NCBI GenBank assembly: GCA_902526175.1
Contig: CABZJY010000005.1
Location: forward strand, 11,711-75,710
Direction of reading: 5' to 3'
From: an uncultured Alphaproteobacteria bacterium
Lineage (GTDB): Bacteria; Pseudomonadota; Alphaproteobacteria; Methylaequorales; Methylaequoraceae
DNA length: 64,000 nt
Shown in pieces: positions 31,450 to 42,473 of this stretch. Position numbers and translations under genes: made by a program. The first letter of the stretch is position 1. Every line of letters starts with the position of its first letter. Below the pieces are notes generated by a model, which saw only the letters and a program-made list of their open reading frames with translations, searched no databases and was not told the origin of the DNA.

Positions 31450-33339
31450 ATGACTAAGCAACAAACTGCAGAGATTCTTAAACTTTCTTCTCAAGAAGTA
31501 AATGTTAGCGATAACATTGAAAAAAAAGACGAAATTATTAATACGGTTGACGATATACAACCGAATTATGAACTTGATTCAAATTTAACTGATTTTGGTA
31601 AAGCAACATTGCTAGATAGATACCTTTTGCCGGGAGAGAAATTTCAAGATATGTTTGTAAGAGTAGCAAAAAAATATTCAGATAATTATGAACATGGTAA
31701 AAGAATCTACAAATATATGTCCAATTTATGGTTCATGCCGGCAACACCTGTTTTATCTAATGGTGGTGCAAAAAGAGGGCTTCCAATATCATGTTTTCTA
31801 AATTCAGTAGGTGATAGCTTGGACGGAATTTTATCTAAATGGGGTGAAAATGTCTGGTTAGCATCTAATGGTGGCGGAATAGGAACTTACTGGGGTAATG
31901 TCAGGTCAATTGGTGAAGAAGTAAAGGGTAATGGGCAAACTTCAGGTATAATCCCTTTTGTTAGGGTAATGGATTCTTTAACTCTTGCTATATCCCAGGG
32001 AGCTTTAAGGAGAGGTTCTGCGGCATGTTATTTGGATGTCCACCACCCAGAAATTGAAGAGTTTTTGGAAATCAGAAAACCATCAGGTGATTTTAATAGA
32101 AAAAGCTTAAATGTTCATCACGGAATAAACATAACTGACGAGTTTATGGATTGTGTAAAGATGAATAAGAATTTCTCGTTAAGAAGCCCAAAGACAAAGA
32201 AAGTGTTAAAAAAAATTAATGCCAGAGAACTGTGGCAAAAAATTCTTGAAACAAGGATGGCAACTGGTGAACCTTACCTAGTTTTTGTTGATACAGTAAA
32301 TCGGTCTATGTCAAAACATCAAAGAGATAGTGGCTTAAAGGTTACAACTTCCAATCTATGTAGCGAAATAATGCTTCATACTGGGCTTGATCATAAGGGC
32401 AAAGAGAGAACTGCTGTTTGTTGTCTATCTTCAGTCAATTTAGAAAAATGGGATGAATGGAATAATGAGAGCAAATTTATTGAAGATATAATGAGATTTT
32501 TAGATAACGTTTTGCAGGACTTCATAAATCGCGCACCACAAAGTATGGATAATGCTGTATATTCTGCTATTAGAGAGAGATCGGTTGGATTAGGGGCAAT
32601 GGGATTTCATTCTTTTCTGCAAAAAAATAATATTTCATTTGAAAGCGCCATAGCTAAAAGTTGGAATCTCAAATTTTTTAAGCACATTAGAAAGGAAGCT
32701 GACAAAGCTTCCTTGATATTAGCTATGGAAAAAGGTGCCTGCCCTGATGCTAGTGAGAATAACGTTAAAGCAAGATTTAGTCACAAATTAGCTATTGCCC
32801 CTACAGCATCAATTAGTATTATTTGCGGGGGAACTAGCGCTTGTATTGAACCTATTCCTGCAAACGTGTACACTCACAAGACATTATCCGGTTCATTTAC
32901 AGTTAAAAATAAATACCTTGAAAAAATTCTCGAAGAAAAAAATATAAACAACAATAAAACGTGGCAATCAATCCTTGAGAATGAAGGATCAGTTTCCCAT
33001 ATCAAAGAGTTATCTCAAGAAGAGAGGAATTGTTTTAAAACAGCTTTTGAAATTGATCAAAGATGGATTATTGAGTTTGCTTCCGACAGAACACCATTTA
33101 TATGTCAGGGTCAATCAATAAACCTTTTTTTGCCATCAGACATTGACAAATGGGATTTAATGATGCTCCATTGGAAAGCATGGGAAACTGGCGTAAAAAG
33201 TTTATATTATTGCAGATCCAAATCAATTCAAAGAGCTAGTTATGCTGGTGTTGAAGCCGATAATACAAAAGAGTGGCCACAAAAGTCACTTAAATCTAAC
33301 GAAAAAATAGACTACGACGAATGTTTGTCGTGTCAATAG
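31450..33339 (+). CDS. nrdA: Ribonucleotide reductase class Ia alpha subunit, short form without obvious ATP cone
   Basis: PISCFL, SNLCSEI, CCLSS, APTASIS, LYYCRS, C-terminal CLSCQ. Confidence 0.96.
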   Translation: MTKQQTAEILKLSSQEVNVSDNIEKKDEIINTVDDIQPNYELDSNLTDFGKATLLDRYLLPGEKFQDMFVRVAKKYSDNYEHGKRIYKYMSNLWFMPATPVLSNGGAKRGLPISCFLNSVGDSLDGILSKWGENVWLASNGGGIGTYWGNVRSIGEEVKGNGQTSGIIPFVRVMDSLTLAISQGALRRGSAACYLDVHHPEIEEFLEIRKPSGDFNRKSLNVHHGINITDEFMDCVKMNKNFSLRSPKTKKVLKKINARELWQKILETRMATGEPYLVFVDTVNRSMSKHQRDSGLKVTTSNLCSEIMLHTGLDHKGKERTAVCCLSSVNLEKWDEWNNESKFIEDIMRFLDNVLQDFINRAPQSMDNAVYSAIRERSVGLGAMGFHSFLQKNNISFESAIAKSWNLKFFKHIRKEADKASLILAMEKGACPDASENNVKARFSHKLAIAPTASISIICGGTSACIEPIPANVYTHKTLSGSFTVKNKYLEKILEEKNINNNKTWQSILENEGSVSHIKELSQEERNCFKTAFEIDQRWIIEFASDRTPFICQGQSINLFLPSDIDKWDLMMLHWKAWETGVKSLYYCRSKSIQRASYAGVEADNTKEWPQKSLKSNEKIDYDECLSCQ

Positions 33340-33349
33340 GAGATAAAAA

Positions 33350-34405
33350 ATGGATGACACAATAAGAACGTATAAAAACAATAAAATAAAAAAAGTAATA
33401 AATAAACAAGTAGGTTTATTAACTTCGTCACATTCTTATAAGCCATTTAGGTATCCGTGGGCGTATGATTTTTGGAAAAGGCAACAGCAAGTTCATTGGA
33501 TGCCGGAGGAAGTTCCTTTGGGAGAAGACTGTAAGGATTGGGCAATAAAGTTAGATGAAGGCGAAAGAAATTTACTTACTCAGATTTTTAGATTTTTTAC
33601 TCAATCAGATGTTGAGGTAAATGATAATTATATGGAAAGATATTCTCAAGTATTTAAACCAACTGAGGTAAAAATGATGATGTCGGCATTTTCAAACATT
33701 GAGACGGTTCATATTGCAGCTTATGCTTTGCTTCTCGAAACTATAGGCATGCCCGACACAGAATTTTCTGCCTTTTTAAAATATAAAGAAATGTCTGATA
33801 AACATGATTATATGCAACAATTTACAATAGATTCCAACCACGAGATTGCAAAAACTGTTGCAATGTTTGGAGGTTTTACTGAAGGCCTTCAGTTATTTGC
33901 CAGTTTTGCTATGTTATTAAACTTTCCGAGACATAACAAAATGCGAGGTATGGGGCAGATTGTAACTTGGTCAGTTAGAGATGAATCATTACATTGTGAG
34001 GGTATGATCAAGTTATTCCATGAGTTTGTGAAAGAAACAAAGTGTATGACAAAGAAACTTAAACAAGAAATACTTGAATGTTGTGAAAAAGTTGTTGAAT
34101 TAGAAGACAACTTTATTGATCTTGCATTTGAGATGGGTCCAGTAGAAGGAATGAAGCCTATTGATATAAAAAATTATATAAGATACATAGCTGATTGGAG
34201 ATTAAAACAATTAAATCTTGACCCAATTTACGGAATTAAAAAACATCCCTTGCCTTGGTTAACGGAGATATTAAATGGGGTAGAGCACGCGAATTTCTTT
34301 GAAGCAAGAGCTACTGAGTATTCAAAGGTTGCTACAAAAGGCTCATGGGAGGGTGACAAAGGTGTGTGGAATCATTTCGATAAAAGTGTAAATACCTCTT
34401 TTTAA
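33350..34405 (+). CDS. nrdB: Ribonucleotide reductase class Ia beta subunit
   Basis: HWMPEEV, ETVHIAAY, RDESLH, NFFE. Confidence 0.96.
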   Translation: MDDTIRTYKNNKIKKVINKQVGLLTSSHSYKPFRYPWAYDFWKRQQQVHWMPEEVPLGEDCKDWAIKLDEGERNLLTQIFRFFTQSDVEVNDNYMERYSQVFKPTEVKMMMSAFSNIETVHIAAYALLLETIGMPDTEFSAFLKYKEMSDKHDYMQQFTIDSNHEIAKTVAMFGGFTEGLQLFASFAMLLNFPRHNKMRGMGQIVTWSVRDESLHCEGMIKLFHEFVKETKCMTKKLKQEILECCEKVVELEDNFIDLAFEMGPVEGMKPIDIKNYIRYIADWRLKQLNLDPIYGIKKHPLPWLTEILNGVEHANFFEARATEYSKVATKGSWEGDKGVWNHFDKSVNTSF

Positions 34406-34411
34406 GCAACA

Positions 34412-35491
34412 TTACTTTTTTTCAATATATAAAGATTGGGACGGGAAGGCAAAACCAGCATCGTGTTTCTCAACAATTTCTTTTATCTTAATGGCAAGCC
34501 TATCTTTGACATCCACCCATCCTTTGTATTCGTTAGTTTTTGTAAAACATCTAACAAGGACATCAATTGAACTGTCTGAAAATTTATCGATCCGTACAAT
34601 AACTGGTGTAGATGGTGTATTGCTGAAATCACTGTTGCCTTTAATGTATTTCTCAATGTCATTTCTCACTTTTTTCAGCTGATCGACTGTACTTCCATAT
34701 TCTAGTCCAATAATCCAATTGATTCTTCTATTACTTATTTTTGAAATATTTATTACAGGATTTTCAGCAAACTGGAAGTTTGGAATGGTACATAATGATT
34801 TATCAAATTTTCTAATTGTTGTTGATCTAAAACTTATTTTTTCAACAACCCCTTCAACAACCCCTTCAACCTGAATTACATTACCGACTTCAAATCTTCT
34901 TTCAACTAATACCAAAATTCCAGAAATTAGGTTTTTAAATAAATCTTGAGCTCCTAAAGCAACAGCAACCCCAAACAAACCTAACCCAGCAATAATAGGT
35001 CCAACCTTTATTCCCCATAATTCTAATACTGATGAGGCTCCAATTATTATAATCAAGATTTTAGTAGCATTAGCCATCCAGTTAACTAAATCACGTGAGA
35101 GAATTTTCTCAATTGACTTTGTCATTAACGCTAATGGAAGAACTAACTGATGTACAAACCAAAAAATAAGTATTGTCAAAAATGTTTTATTTAGATTATA
35201 CAAAAGAGATTGATATTTTTCATCATAATCTAACACCAAAATTGACAAAAAAAATCCAATGAAAATTGGTAAGAAGTTCACTGGAGGATGGAGATGCTTA
35301 ATTAATGTATTTTCCTTACCAAAAATCTTTTTTGTTATGATTTCAATCTTTGAAATAAACAGTCTTGAAAATTTTAATCTAAAAAAAAAGAATATGAAAA
35401 AAATTGATAATGATATTAAGATATTTGCATATGTAAAATCATTTATGTCATTATATAAATTAATTAAAGAAAAATTTTTTTCACTAAGCAT
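34412..35491 (-). CDS. MscS family mechanosensitive channel
   Basis: GLGLFGVAVALGAQDLFKNLISG, TIPN. Confidence 0.9.
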   Translation of the reverse strand: MLSEKNFSLINLYNDINDFTYANILISLSIFFIFFFFRLKFSRLFISKIEIITKKIFGKENTLIKHLHPPVNFLPIFIGFFLSILVLDYDEKYQSLLYNLNKTFLTILIFWFVHQLVLPLALMTKSIEKILSRDLVNWMANATKILIIIIGASSVLELWGIKVGPIIAGLGLFGVAVALGAQDLFKNLISGILVLVERRFEVGNVIQVEGVVEGVVEKISFRSTTIRKFDKSLCTIPNFQFAENPVINISKISNRRINWIIGLEYGSTVDQLKKVRNDIEKYIKGNSDFSNTPSTPVIVRIDKFSDSSIDVLVRCFTKTNEYKGWVDVKDRLAIKIKEIVEKHDAGFAFPSQSLYIEKK

Positions 35492-35493
35492 AT

Positions 35494-36018
35494 CTAATCC
35501 TGGTCTAAAAAATTTTTACAAATTTCATATCTAAAACCTTCTCTTAACAACTTTGACAAAGTCTTTGTAAAGTTTTTCTCATTTTTAGTATCCCATTTTG
35601 TGCTATATTTCCCAAGCAATTTTTTCTTGCAAAATCTATCTAAAGATCTTGAATCTAAATCTACATCAAACAATAATTTTTTAATTTTCATATTTATAAG
35701 AGGTTTTTCGAATTTATCTCTTACAAGAATATTTTCAATCTTTTTTATTGAGGTTCCTTTATTTAATAGATAATCGATTTTATTATCAATTAATAATTCT
35801 TCTTTAATTATATTTCTAGAAACAAATTTACTAGAAATTTTTTTTATAATGTCTTCAGACTCACTCTTTTGTTTAGAGCAAAGTTTTCCAGACAAAAAAT
35901 CTTTTAAAACTTTTCTTGAAAGTACGCATTCAAATTTCTTCTTTGAAACACTATATCTTGATAAATAATAAATTGAATATTCTTCTAGATAATTGAATAA
36001 ATTAGTTATAATTTTCAT
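35494..36018 (-). CDS. recX: RecX family regulatory protein
   Basis: YYLSRYSVS, KGTSIKKI..L, L.KLLREGF.Y; ATG at 36018 preferred over TTG at 36036. Confidence 0.7.
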   Translation of the reverse strand: MKIITNLFNYLEEYSIYYLSRYSVSKKKFECVLSRKVLKDFLSGKLCSKQKSESEDIIKKISSKFVSRNIIKEELLIDNKIDYLLNKGTSIKKIENILVRDKFEKPLINMKIKKLLFDVDLDSRSLDRFCKKKLLGKYSTKWDTKNEKNFTKTLSKLLREGFRYEICKNFLDQD

Positions 36019-36041
36019 TATATCAAAATAACACAAATTAA

Positions 36042-36863
36042 ATGAAAGAAAAAAAAACTTTGAATGAAAATAATAAAATTCTTTTAAAAGACTACAGTAA
36101 ATTTAATTACATTGGATTTAAAACGATGTACAAAAGAGAAACTCAAAGATTTTTAAAAGTTGCTACCCAAACTCTTGTTGCTCCTGCAATCACAACGATA
36201 TTATTTTACATGATTTTTGCAGTGGCATTAAAAAGAAGTGTCATCGAGATTAATGGAATCCCCTTTTCTGAATTTCTAGCTCCAGGGCTAATATGCATGG
36301 CAATTTTACAAAATTCCTTTGCAAATACATCTTCCTCAATATTAATATCTAAGGTTCAAGGGAATATTGTAGACATACTTATGCCACCAATTTCTGAAAA
36401 AGAGTTAACACTTGCTTATTCACTTGGTGGTATGACCAGAGGTATATTAGTAGGTATTGTAGTAGCTTTTACGATATATTTATTTGTGCCAGGTTCAATT
36501 TTTAGCATTTTTCATATTTTTTTCTTTAGTATTTCGTCTGCACTATTTTTGTCGTGTCTTGGAATTCTATGTGGCATTTGGGCTGAAAAATTTGATCACA
36601 TGGCTGCAATAACAAATTTTGTAATTGTTCCACTTACATTTTTGTCTGGAACGTTTTACTCAGTTTTAAATTTACCAGTATTCTGGCAAAATTTTACTTA
36701 TATAAACCCTTTTTTCTATATGATTGATGGTTTTAGATATGGTGTTTTGGGGATCAACGACAGTAATATAATCTCCGGAATGATAATACTTACTTTAGCT
36801 AATATAATTTCACTGATATTATGTATGCATATTTTTAAATCGGGATATAAGTTAAAAACATGA
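36042..36863 (+). CDS. ABC-2 type transporter permease (YadH-like)
   Basis: FLAPGLICM, SKVQGNIVDILMPP, LSGTFYS, NPFFYMIDGFRYG. Confidence 0.88.
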   Translation: MKEKKTLNENNKILLKDYSKFNYIGFKTMYKRETQRFLKVATQTLVAPAITTILFYMIFAVALKRSVIEINGIPFSEFLAPGLICMAILQNSFANTSSSILISKVQGNIVDILMPPISEKELTLAYSLGGMTRGILVGIVVAFTIYLFVPGSIFSIFHIFFFSISSALFLSCLGILCGIWAEKFDHMAAITNFVIVPLTFLSGTFYSVLNLPVFWQNFTYINPFFYMIDGFRYGVLGINDSNIISGMIILTLANIISLILCMHIFKSGYKLKT

Positions 36864-38044
36864 TGAAAAATTCTACTCTTCAAGTTTACAATACAATTGA
36901 CTTGTCCTTTGACCACGGTGATGGAGTATATTTGTATACGGAAGATGGCACAAGATATTTAGATTTTACAAGTGGAATTGGTGTTACATGTCTCGGACAC
37001 AGTCATCCAGCACTCGTTTCAGCTTTAACAGAACAAGCTGGCAAACTATGGCATTGTTCAAATTTATTTAAAATTAAAGGACAGGAATCTGTTGCAAAAA
37101 AAATAACAGATCATTCTTTTGCAGAAAAAGTGTTTTTTTGTAATTCGGGTGCAGAGGCTATTGAAGCTGGAATCAAAGCTTTAAGGAGATACTTTTATAC
37201 AAATGGGAAAAAAAAAAAGAATAAAATAATATGTGTTAAGAATGCTTTTCATGGCAGAACTTACGCAGCAATCTCAGCTTCTGGTCAATCTAGGATGTTA
37301 GAAGGGTTTTTACCTGCGCTGAATGGATTTGAGCAGGTAGAATTTAATAACATTGATGCAATAAATAAAAAAATTGATCATAATACAGCCGGAATTTTAA
37401 TTGAAACTATTCAAGGAGAAGGAGGCATAACTCCAGCTAATAAAAAATATCTTAGGGATTTGAATGATATAGCAAAAGAAAAAGACTTACTTCTTTTTTT
37501 TGATGAAGTTCAGTGTGGAGTAGGACGTACAGGTAAATTTTTAGCTGTGGAATGGGTTAAAAGCTTAAAGCCTAATATTGTCTCAATTGCTAAAGGTATT
37601 GGTGGAGGGTTTCCTCTAGGTGCACTTTTGTTGGATAAAAAGGTATCTAAAACAATGACACCAGGTTCACATGGTTCGACATTTGGGGGAAATCCATTAG
37701 GTATGGCAGTGGCAGACGTTGTTTTAAACTATGTCCTAAAGGAAGATTTTTTAGATCACATAAGATATGTAGGATACAATCTAAGAGAAAAGCTAAAAGA
37801 AAAAATTATTGCAAAATACCCAGACTTAGTTACTGGGGTAAGAGGCGTTGGATTAATGGTAGGATTAGTAGCTAAGGAAAATAACGAAAAATTGATTCGA
37901 CTCATGAGAAAGCAAAGACTTTTAACTGTAAAAGCAGGTATGAATGTTATTAGAATGTTACCTCCTTTAACCCTTGAGATGAAGCATGTTGATGAAGCAA
38001 TAGAGAAAATTGATAAAGCATTTTCGGAATTTAATCATGAGTAG
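36860..38044 (+). CDS. argD: Acetylornithine aminotransferase
   Basis: FCNSGAEA, FHGRT, DEVQCGVGRTG, AKGIGGGFP; precedes argF. Confidence 0.93.
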   Translation: MMKNSTLQVYNTIDLSFDHGDGVYLYTEDGTRYLDFTSGIGVTCLGHSHPALVSALTEQAGKLWHCSNLFKIKGQESVAKKITDHSFAEKVFFCNSGAEAIEAGIKALRRYFYTNGKKKKNKIICVKNAFHGRTYAAISASGQSRMLEGFLPALNGFEQVEFNNIDAINKKIDHNTAGILIETIQGEGGITPANKKYLRDLNDIAKEKDLLLFFDEVQCGVGRTGKFLAVEWVKSLKPNIVSIAKGIGGGFPLGALLLDKKVSKTMTPGSHGSTFGGNPLGMAVADVVLNYVLKEDFLDHIRYVGYNLREKLKEKIIAKYPDLVTGVRGVGLMVGLVAKENNEKLIRLMRKQRLLTVKAGMNVIRMLPPLTLEMKHVDEAIEKIDKAFSEFNHE

Positions 38045-38951
38045 AGGTGTTAGACATTTTCTTGATTTTGAAAAAATATCTACAAATGAAGTAAGGCACA
38101 TACTTGAGTTAGGGTATAAAATTAAGCATAAGAATTTCAATAAAAAAATATTAAAAAATAAATTTCTTTCCATGATTTTCGAAAAACCCTCAACTAGGAC
38201 TAGAATTTCATTTGAAGTAGGGATGAAGCAACTAGGTGGAGATGTTATAACTTTAGACCAAGCAGACACTCAATTGGGAAGAGGAGAAACAGTTCAGGAT
38301 ACAGTAAAAGTTTTAGGAAAGTATGTTGATGTTATCGTTTACAGAGGTTCGACTGATAAATTGCTTAATGAAATTTCTAAATTTTCCGATGTTCCAATTA
38401 TTAATGGTTTGACAGAAAATAGTCATCCATGCCAGATTATGGCAGACATCCTGACCTTGCAGGAGAAATTTCAAAGCGTAGACGATTTAAAAATTTGTTG
38501 GGTCGGTGACGGAAATAATGTTTGTAATTCCTGGATAGATATAAATAAACATTTTAATTTTAATTTAAATATTTCAACTCCAGAATCCTTTAAACCGGAC
38601 AACTCCAGGATTAAAAAAGTTAAGAAATACGGAAGAAATATTAATTATTTTCTTGACCCTAGAGAAGCTGTTGAAAATGCTGACGTGGTAATCACAGATA
38701 CATGGTCTTCTATGGGAACAAAGGAATCAAAAGTAAGATTATCAAAATTTTCAAAATATCAGGTTAATAAAAAATTAATGGATTTTGCTAAAAAGAAAGC
38801 AATTTTTCTTCATTGTATGCCGGCACACAGAGGACAAGAGGTTACCTCTGAAGTAATAGATGGAAATAATTCTTTGGTTTTGGAAGAAGCATTTAATAGA
38901 TTGCACGTGCAAAAATCAATTTTATTATGGTGTTTAAATATGGGTTTTTGA
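38037..38951 (+). CDS. argF: Ornithine carbamoyltransferase
   Basis: STRTR, HPCQ, HCMP; ATG at 38037 preferred. Confidence 0.95.
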   Translation: MSRGVRHFLDFEKISTNEVRHILELGYKIKHKNFNKKILKNKFLSMIFEKPSTRTRISFEVGMKQLGGDVITLDQADTQLGRGETVQDTVKVLGKYVDVIVYRGSTDKLLNEISKFSDVPIINGLTENSHPCQIMADILTLQEKFQSVDDLKICWVGDGNNVCNSWIDINKHFNFNLNISTPESFKPDNSRIKKVKKYGRNINYFLDPREAVENADVVITDTWSSMGTKESKVRLSKFSKYQVNKKLMDFAKKKAIFLHCMPAHRGQEVTSEVIDGNNSLVLEEAFNRLHVQKSILLWCLNMGF

Positions 38952-39456
38952 TGATCAGAACCATTGTTTTTTTTTTTGTTTTTTTTCAGCTAAAGTCTTC
39001 TCAGAATCATTACACCTAAGATTTAATGAAGTTGAAATTAAGAATGAAAGTTTGTTATCAAGCAAAGGTCACGAGTATTCAAAAAAAATAGAAAAAGCTC
39101 TGATAAAAGAGCTTATAAATATTGGTGATTTTTCAACTAATAAATTAACAGTAGGTATTAAAAGATATAATATCATAATAAGAAAAGTGAAAGGTAATGA
39201 CACAATTTTTTTTTCAGATGAAAAAAAAATTTGTATTCATAATCTTGAAGGATTTTTAACAATTTATGGATCGGAGGGATTAAAAATATTTTATGAAGAA
39301 TTTACAATAACAAGTTCAAAATTAATGATCGCTAATAATTATAGTAAAAAGAAAAAAATTAATGATGAAGTTTCATATTTACTGTTAGAGAAACTTATTC
39401 CAGAATTAAGAAAGGTGTTCTCAAAAAATCTTGGAGACCTTATAAATCCTATCTAA
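38951..39456 (+). pseudogene. Exported hypothetical protein with a 1-nt frameshift in a poly-T tract (or a sequencing indel)
   Basis: ATG overlaps the argF stop (TGATG); that frame stops at 39017-19, but one extra T in T11-G-T8 gives MIRTIVFFFVFFSAKVFSES joined to ORF 39052..39456. Confidence 0.55.
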
Positions 39457-40901
39457 TTTCTCCAAAAATCAATAGAAAATAATATCAGTAAGGGATAAAG
39501 CTCTAGTCTTCCAACAAGCATTCCAATCGATAACATTATTTTTGTAAAATCGGATAATGTTGAATAATTTGAGCTAGGTCCAATTGTATCACCGAGTCCT
39601 GGTCCAACATTTGCAAGTGCAGCTGCTGCTCCTGACATAGATGTTATAATGTTGAGACCATTAAATGACAAAATTAAAGTTAATATTGCAAAAGTTAGAA
39701 TATAAAGAAAGAAGAATCCTGTAACTGCTGAAAGAACATCTGAGCTAATGCTTTTTGAGTTATACGATGGGATAAAAACACCCCTAGGTTGAATTATTTT
39801 TTTTACTAGCGAAATAGCATTTGTTAGTAATATCTGTAATCTAAAGACTTTTAATCCACAACTTGATGAGCCAGAACAACCACCTATTAACATAAAAAAT
39901 AATAAAATAATAGTTGTAAAACTTCCCCAGGTACTGAAGTCGTAAGTGCTAAAACCACTTCCAGTTGTAACAGAAATAATACTAAAAGAAGCAATTCTTA
40001 GTGCCTGAAAAAAACTCACTTCATAGTATTTTTGAAGCCAGAATGTGGTAATGAATACTAAAATTAGTATTGTTACAAAAAAAAATTGAACTTGTGAATT
40101 TTTTAAAAGTTCAAATATCCGTCCTTTAAACATCTGGAGAATTAATAAAAATGGCAGTGCTGATATTAGCATAAAAAACATAGTTGTAATTTCAATATAG
40201 ACCGAATCAAAAAAACCTATAGACATATTTTTTGTTGAGAATCCTCCAGTTGCAATTATGGTCATCGAATGAGCAATTGCATCAAATAGTCCCATGCCCG
40301 CTAACACAAGGCAAATAAAACAAACAAAAGTTAATAGCAGGTAAACAGAGCCAATACCTAATGCTATTGTTTTCGTTCTTGGTAGGACTTTATCATCTCT
40401 TGCACTAAATTCTGTTTTAAAAAGTTGCATACCACCAAGTCTTAATACCGGGAAAACAGCTATTGCGATTACAATAATTCCGATACCCCCTAACCATTGC
40501 AACATAGCTCTCCATATCAACATTGATTTTGGGGTAGAATCTAAATCATTAATTATTGTTGCACCAGTCGTCGTAATTCCTGACATCGATTCAAAAAATG
40601 AATCTACGAATGAAAGATTTGGCGAACCTAAGAAAAATGGAATCGATCCAACAAAAGTTAAAATTATCCAGCAAAGAAGAGTTAAAATGAATGCTTGAAG
40701 AATCCCAATATCTCGGTTTTTATTTTTAAATACAAAAGAAACATTTAAGCCAACAAAAAAACATAAAGAAGCTACAGTAGCAAATACAACCCAATCATTA
40801 CCACCCTCCACAAAGTCGAAAAAGCCAGGAATTGTCATGTAGAAAGAAAAGAAAACCAAAAGATTCCCAACAATATACAATGAAGAACGAATATCGTTCA
40901 T
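39453..40901 (-). CDS. trkH: Trk system K+ uptake membrane protein
   Basis: Four pore motifs: SGITTTG, TIIATGGF, SVTTGSGF, ANVGPG. Confidence 0.93.
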   Translation of the reverse strand: MNDIRSSLYIVGNLLVFFSFYMTIPGFFDFVEGGNDWVVFATVASLCFFVGLNVSFVFKNKNRDIGILQAFILTLLCWIILTFVGSIPFFLGSPNLSFVDSFFESMSGITTTGATIINDLDSTPKSMLIWRAMLQWLGGIGIIVIAIAVFPVLRLGGMQLFKTEFSARDDKVLPRTKTIALGIGSVYLLLTFVCFICLVLAGMGLFDAIAHSMTIIATGGFSTKNMSIGFFDSVYIEITTMFFMLISALPFLLILQMFKGRIFELLKNSQVQFFFVTILILVFITTFWLQKYYEVSFFQALRIASFSIISVTTGSGFSTYDFSTWGSFTTIILLFFMLIGGCSGSSSCGLKVFRLQILLTNAISLVKKIIQPRGVFIPSYNSKSISSDVLSAVTGFFFLYILTFAILTLILSFNGLNIITSMSGAAAALANVGPGLGDTIGPSSNYSTLSDFTKIMLSIGMLVGRLELYPLLILFSIDFWRN

Positions 40902-40903
40902 GA

Positions 40904-41287
40904 CTAGTTCTGAATTTTTTTTGAATTTGGAATATCTAGAGAAAAGGCCGGTATTTTTACTTCAAATTTTTTACCCTTTTCGTTTGTCATAAAATAGCTA
41001 CCATGCATTAGTCCTGAGCTTGTATTCAATGGTGTTCCACTTGTATATTCAAATGTCTCTCCAGGTTTTAGTATTGGTTGTTCCCCCACAACTCCGTCGC
41101 CTTTAACTTCTTTTTGGTATCCATTCTCATCAATTATTTTCCAGCATCTACTTACAAGTTTGACAGTATTCATACTATTATTTTTAATAAAAACTTTATA
41201 TGCCCATATGTAATTATCCTCAGATGGCTGAGACTGTTCCTCAAGAAAAAAAGATTTTACATTTACTTTGATTTGTTTCGAGTTCAT
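40904..41287 (-). CDS. apaG: ApaG domain protein
   Basis: GDGVVGEQP, FEYTSG, G.MHGSY, IPAFSL; ATG at 41287 avoids overlap with metZ. Confidence 0.93.
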   Translation of the reverse strand: MNSKQIKVNVKSFFLEEQSQPSEDNYIWAYKVFIKNNSMNTVKLVSRCWKIIDENGYQKEVKGDGVVGEQPILKPGETFEYTSGTPLNTSSGLMHGSYFMTNEKGKKFEVKIPAFSLDIPNSKKIQN

Positions 41288-41288
41288 A

Positions 41289-42473
41289 TCACAATGCTTG
41301 TTTAATATCATCAATAAGATCTTCAGAACTTTCAAGTCCAATTGATAGTCTAATCAAATTTTGTGTTATGCGTAAACTTCTTTTTTCATTTTTTTCTAAT
41401 TTTTGATGAGTAGTTGTGTAGGGGTGAGTTACAAGACTTTTACAGTCACCAAGGTTGTTAGAAATTTTTATTATCTTTAGTTTATTAATAAAATCAAAGG
41501 CAGTTTTTTTTTCTGATAGGTTATTTTTTTTTTTAAGTCTAAAGGAAATTATACTACCTCCATTATTCATTTGCTTTTTGGCAAGCCTGATCTGACTAAA
41601 ATTTTTACTCCAAGGATAAATTAAACTTTCAATAGAATTTTGTGCTTCAAGAAAATTAACAACTTTTTTGGTATTGATGTTTTGTTGATTTATTCTGAGT
41701 TCAAGAGTGTCCAAACTTTTTGAGAGCAACCAAGCATTAAACGGGCTAATTGAGGGTCCAGTATTTCTAATGAAAGGCTTAATGATTTCTTCACAAAGCT
41801 TTTTTTTTCCTAAAATTGCACCACCTAAAACTCTTCCTTGACCATCTATGTGTTTGGTAGCTGAATACATGATAATGTCTGCACCAAGCTCTAACGGTTT
41901 TTGATTTATTGGCGTAGCAAAGACATTATCAACTATAACTTTCGCCCCTACTTTGTGTGCCATATTTGAAACAGATTTTATATCTACTAAATCAAGGCAT
42001 GGATTTGATGGAGTTTCAAAAAATACAAGTTTGGTTTTAACTTTTAAAGCTTCTTTCCACTTATCATTATCATGTCCGTCTACCATCACTACATTAATTC
42101 CAAAATTTGGTAATATTTTTGTTATTATGTAGTGACAACTTCCGAATAAAGCTTTACTTGATACAAGTCTATCTCCCGACTTTAACTGTGACATAAAAAT
42201 TGAGAAAACAGCTGACATTCCAGTTGAGGTGGCAAGACAACTTTCTGCACCTTCTAGCTCAGCCATTTTTTTCTCAAAAGTTTCAATTGTTGGATTTGAA
42301 AACCTCGAATACATAAATTTTTTTTTTTTTTCTAGAAAGCATTGTTCAGCTTCTTCAGCTGATCGATAAATGAAGCCTGAAGTAAGAAAAAGTGCCTCAC
42401 TTGTTTCGTTAAAGTTCGATCTATTAAAGTCGCTTTGAATTAATTTTGTTTGTTTAGAATATTTTTTTTTCAC
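41289..42473 (-). CDS. metZ: O-succinylhomoserine sulfhydrylase
   Basis: ETSEALFLTSGF, YSRFSNPT, YSATKHIDGQGR, NNLGD. Confidence 0.9.
   Translation of the reverse strand: MKKKYSKQTKLIQSDFNRSNFNETSEALFLTSGFIYRSAEEAEQCFLEKKKKFMYSRFSNPTIETFEKKMAELEGAESCLATSTGMSAVFSIFMSQLKSGDRLVSSKALFGSCHYIITKILPNFGINVVMVDGHDNDKWKEALKVKTKLVFFETPSNPCLDLVDIKSVSNMAHKVGAKVIVDNVFATPINQKPLELGADIIMYSATKHIDGQGRVLGGAILGKKKLCEEIIKPFIRNTGPSISPFNAWLLSKSLDTLELRINQQNINTKKVVNFLEAQNSIESLIYPWSKNFSQIRLAKKQMNNGGSIISFRLKKKNNLSEKKTAFDFINKLKIIKISNNLGDCKSLVTHPYTTTHQKLEKNEKRSLRITQNLIRLSIGLESSEDLIDDIKQAL

Noticed and set aside
31274-31450. tRNA-Arg as an island integration site
   Set aside because: No integrase, no duplicated tRNA 3' end, and the flanks are core genes
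31450-34405. Intein, intron or phage origin of the short nrdAB
   Set aside because: Both frames are continuous, short NrdA is common in alphaproteobacteria, and NrdR-like boxes indicate host control
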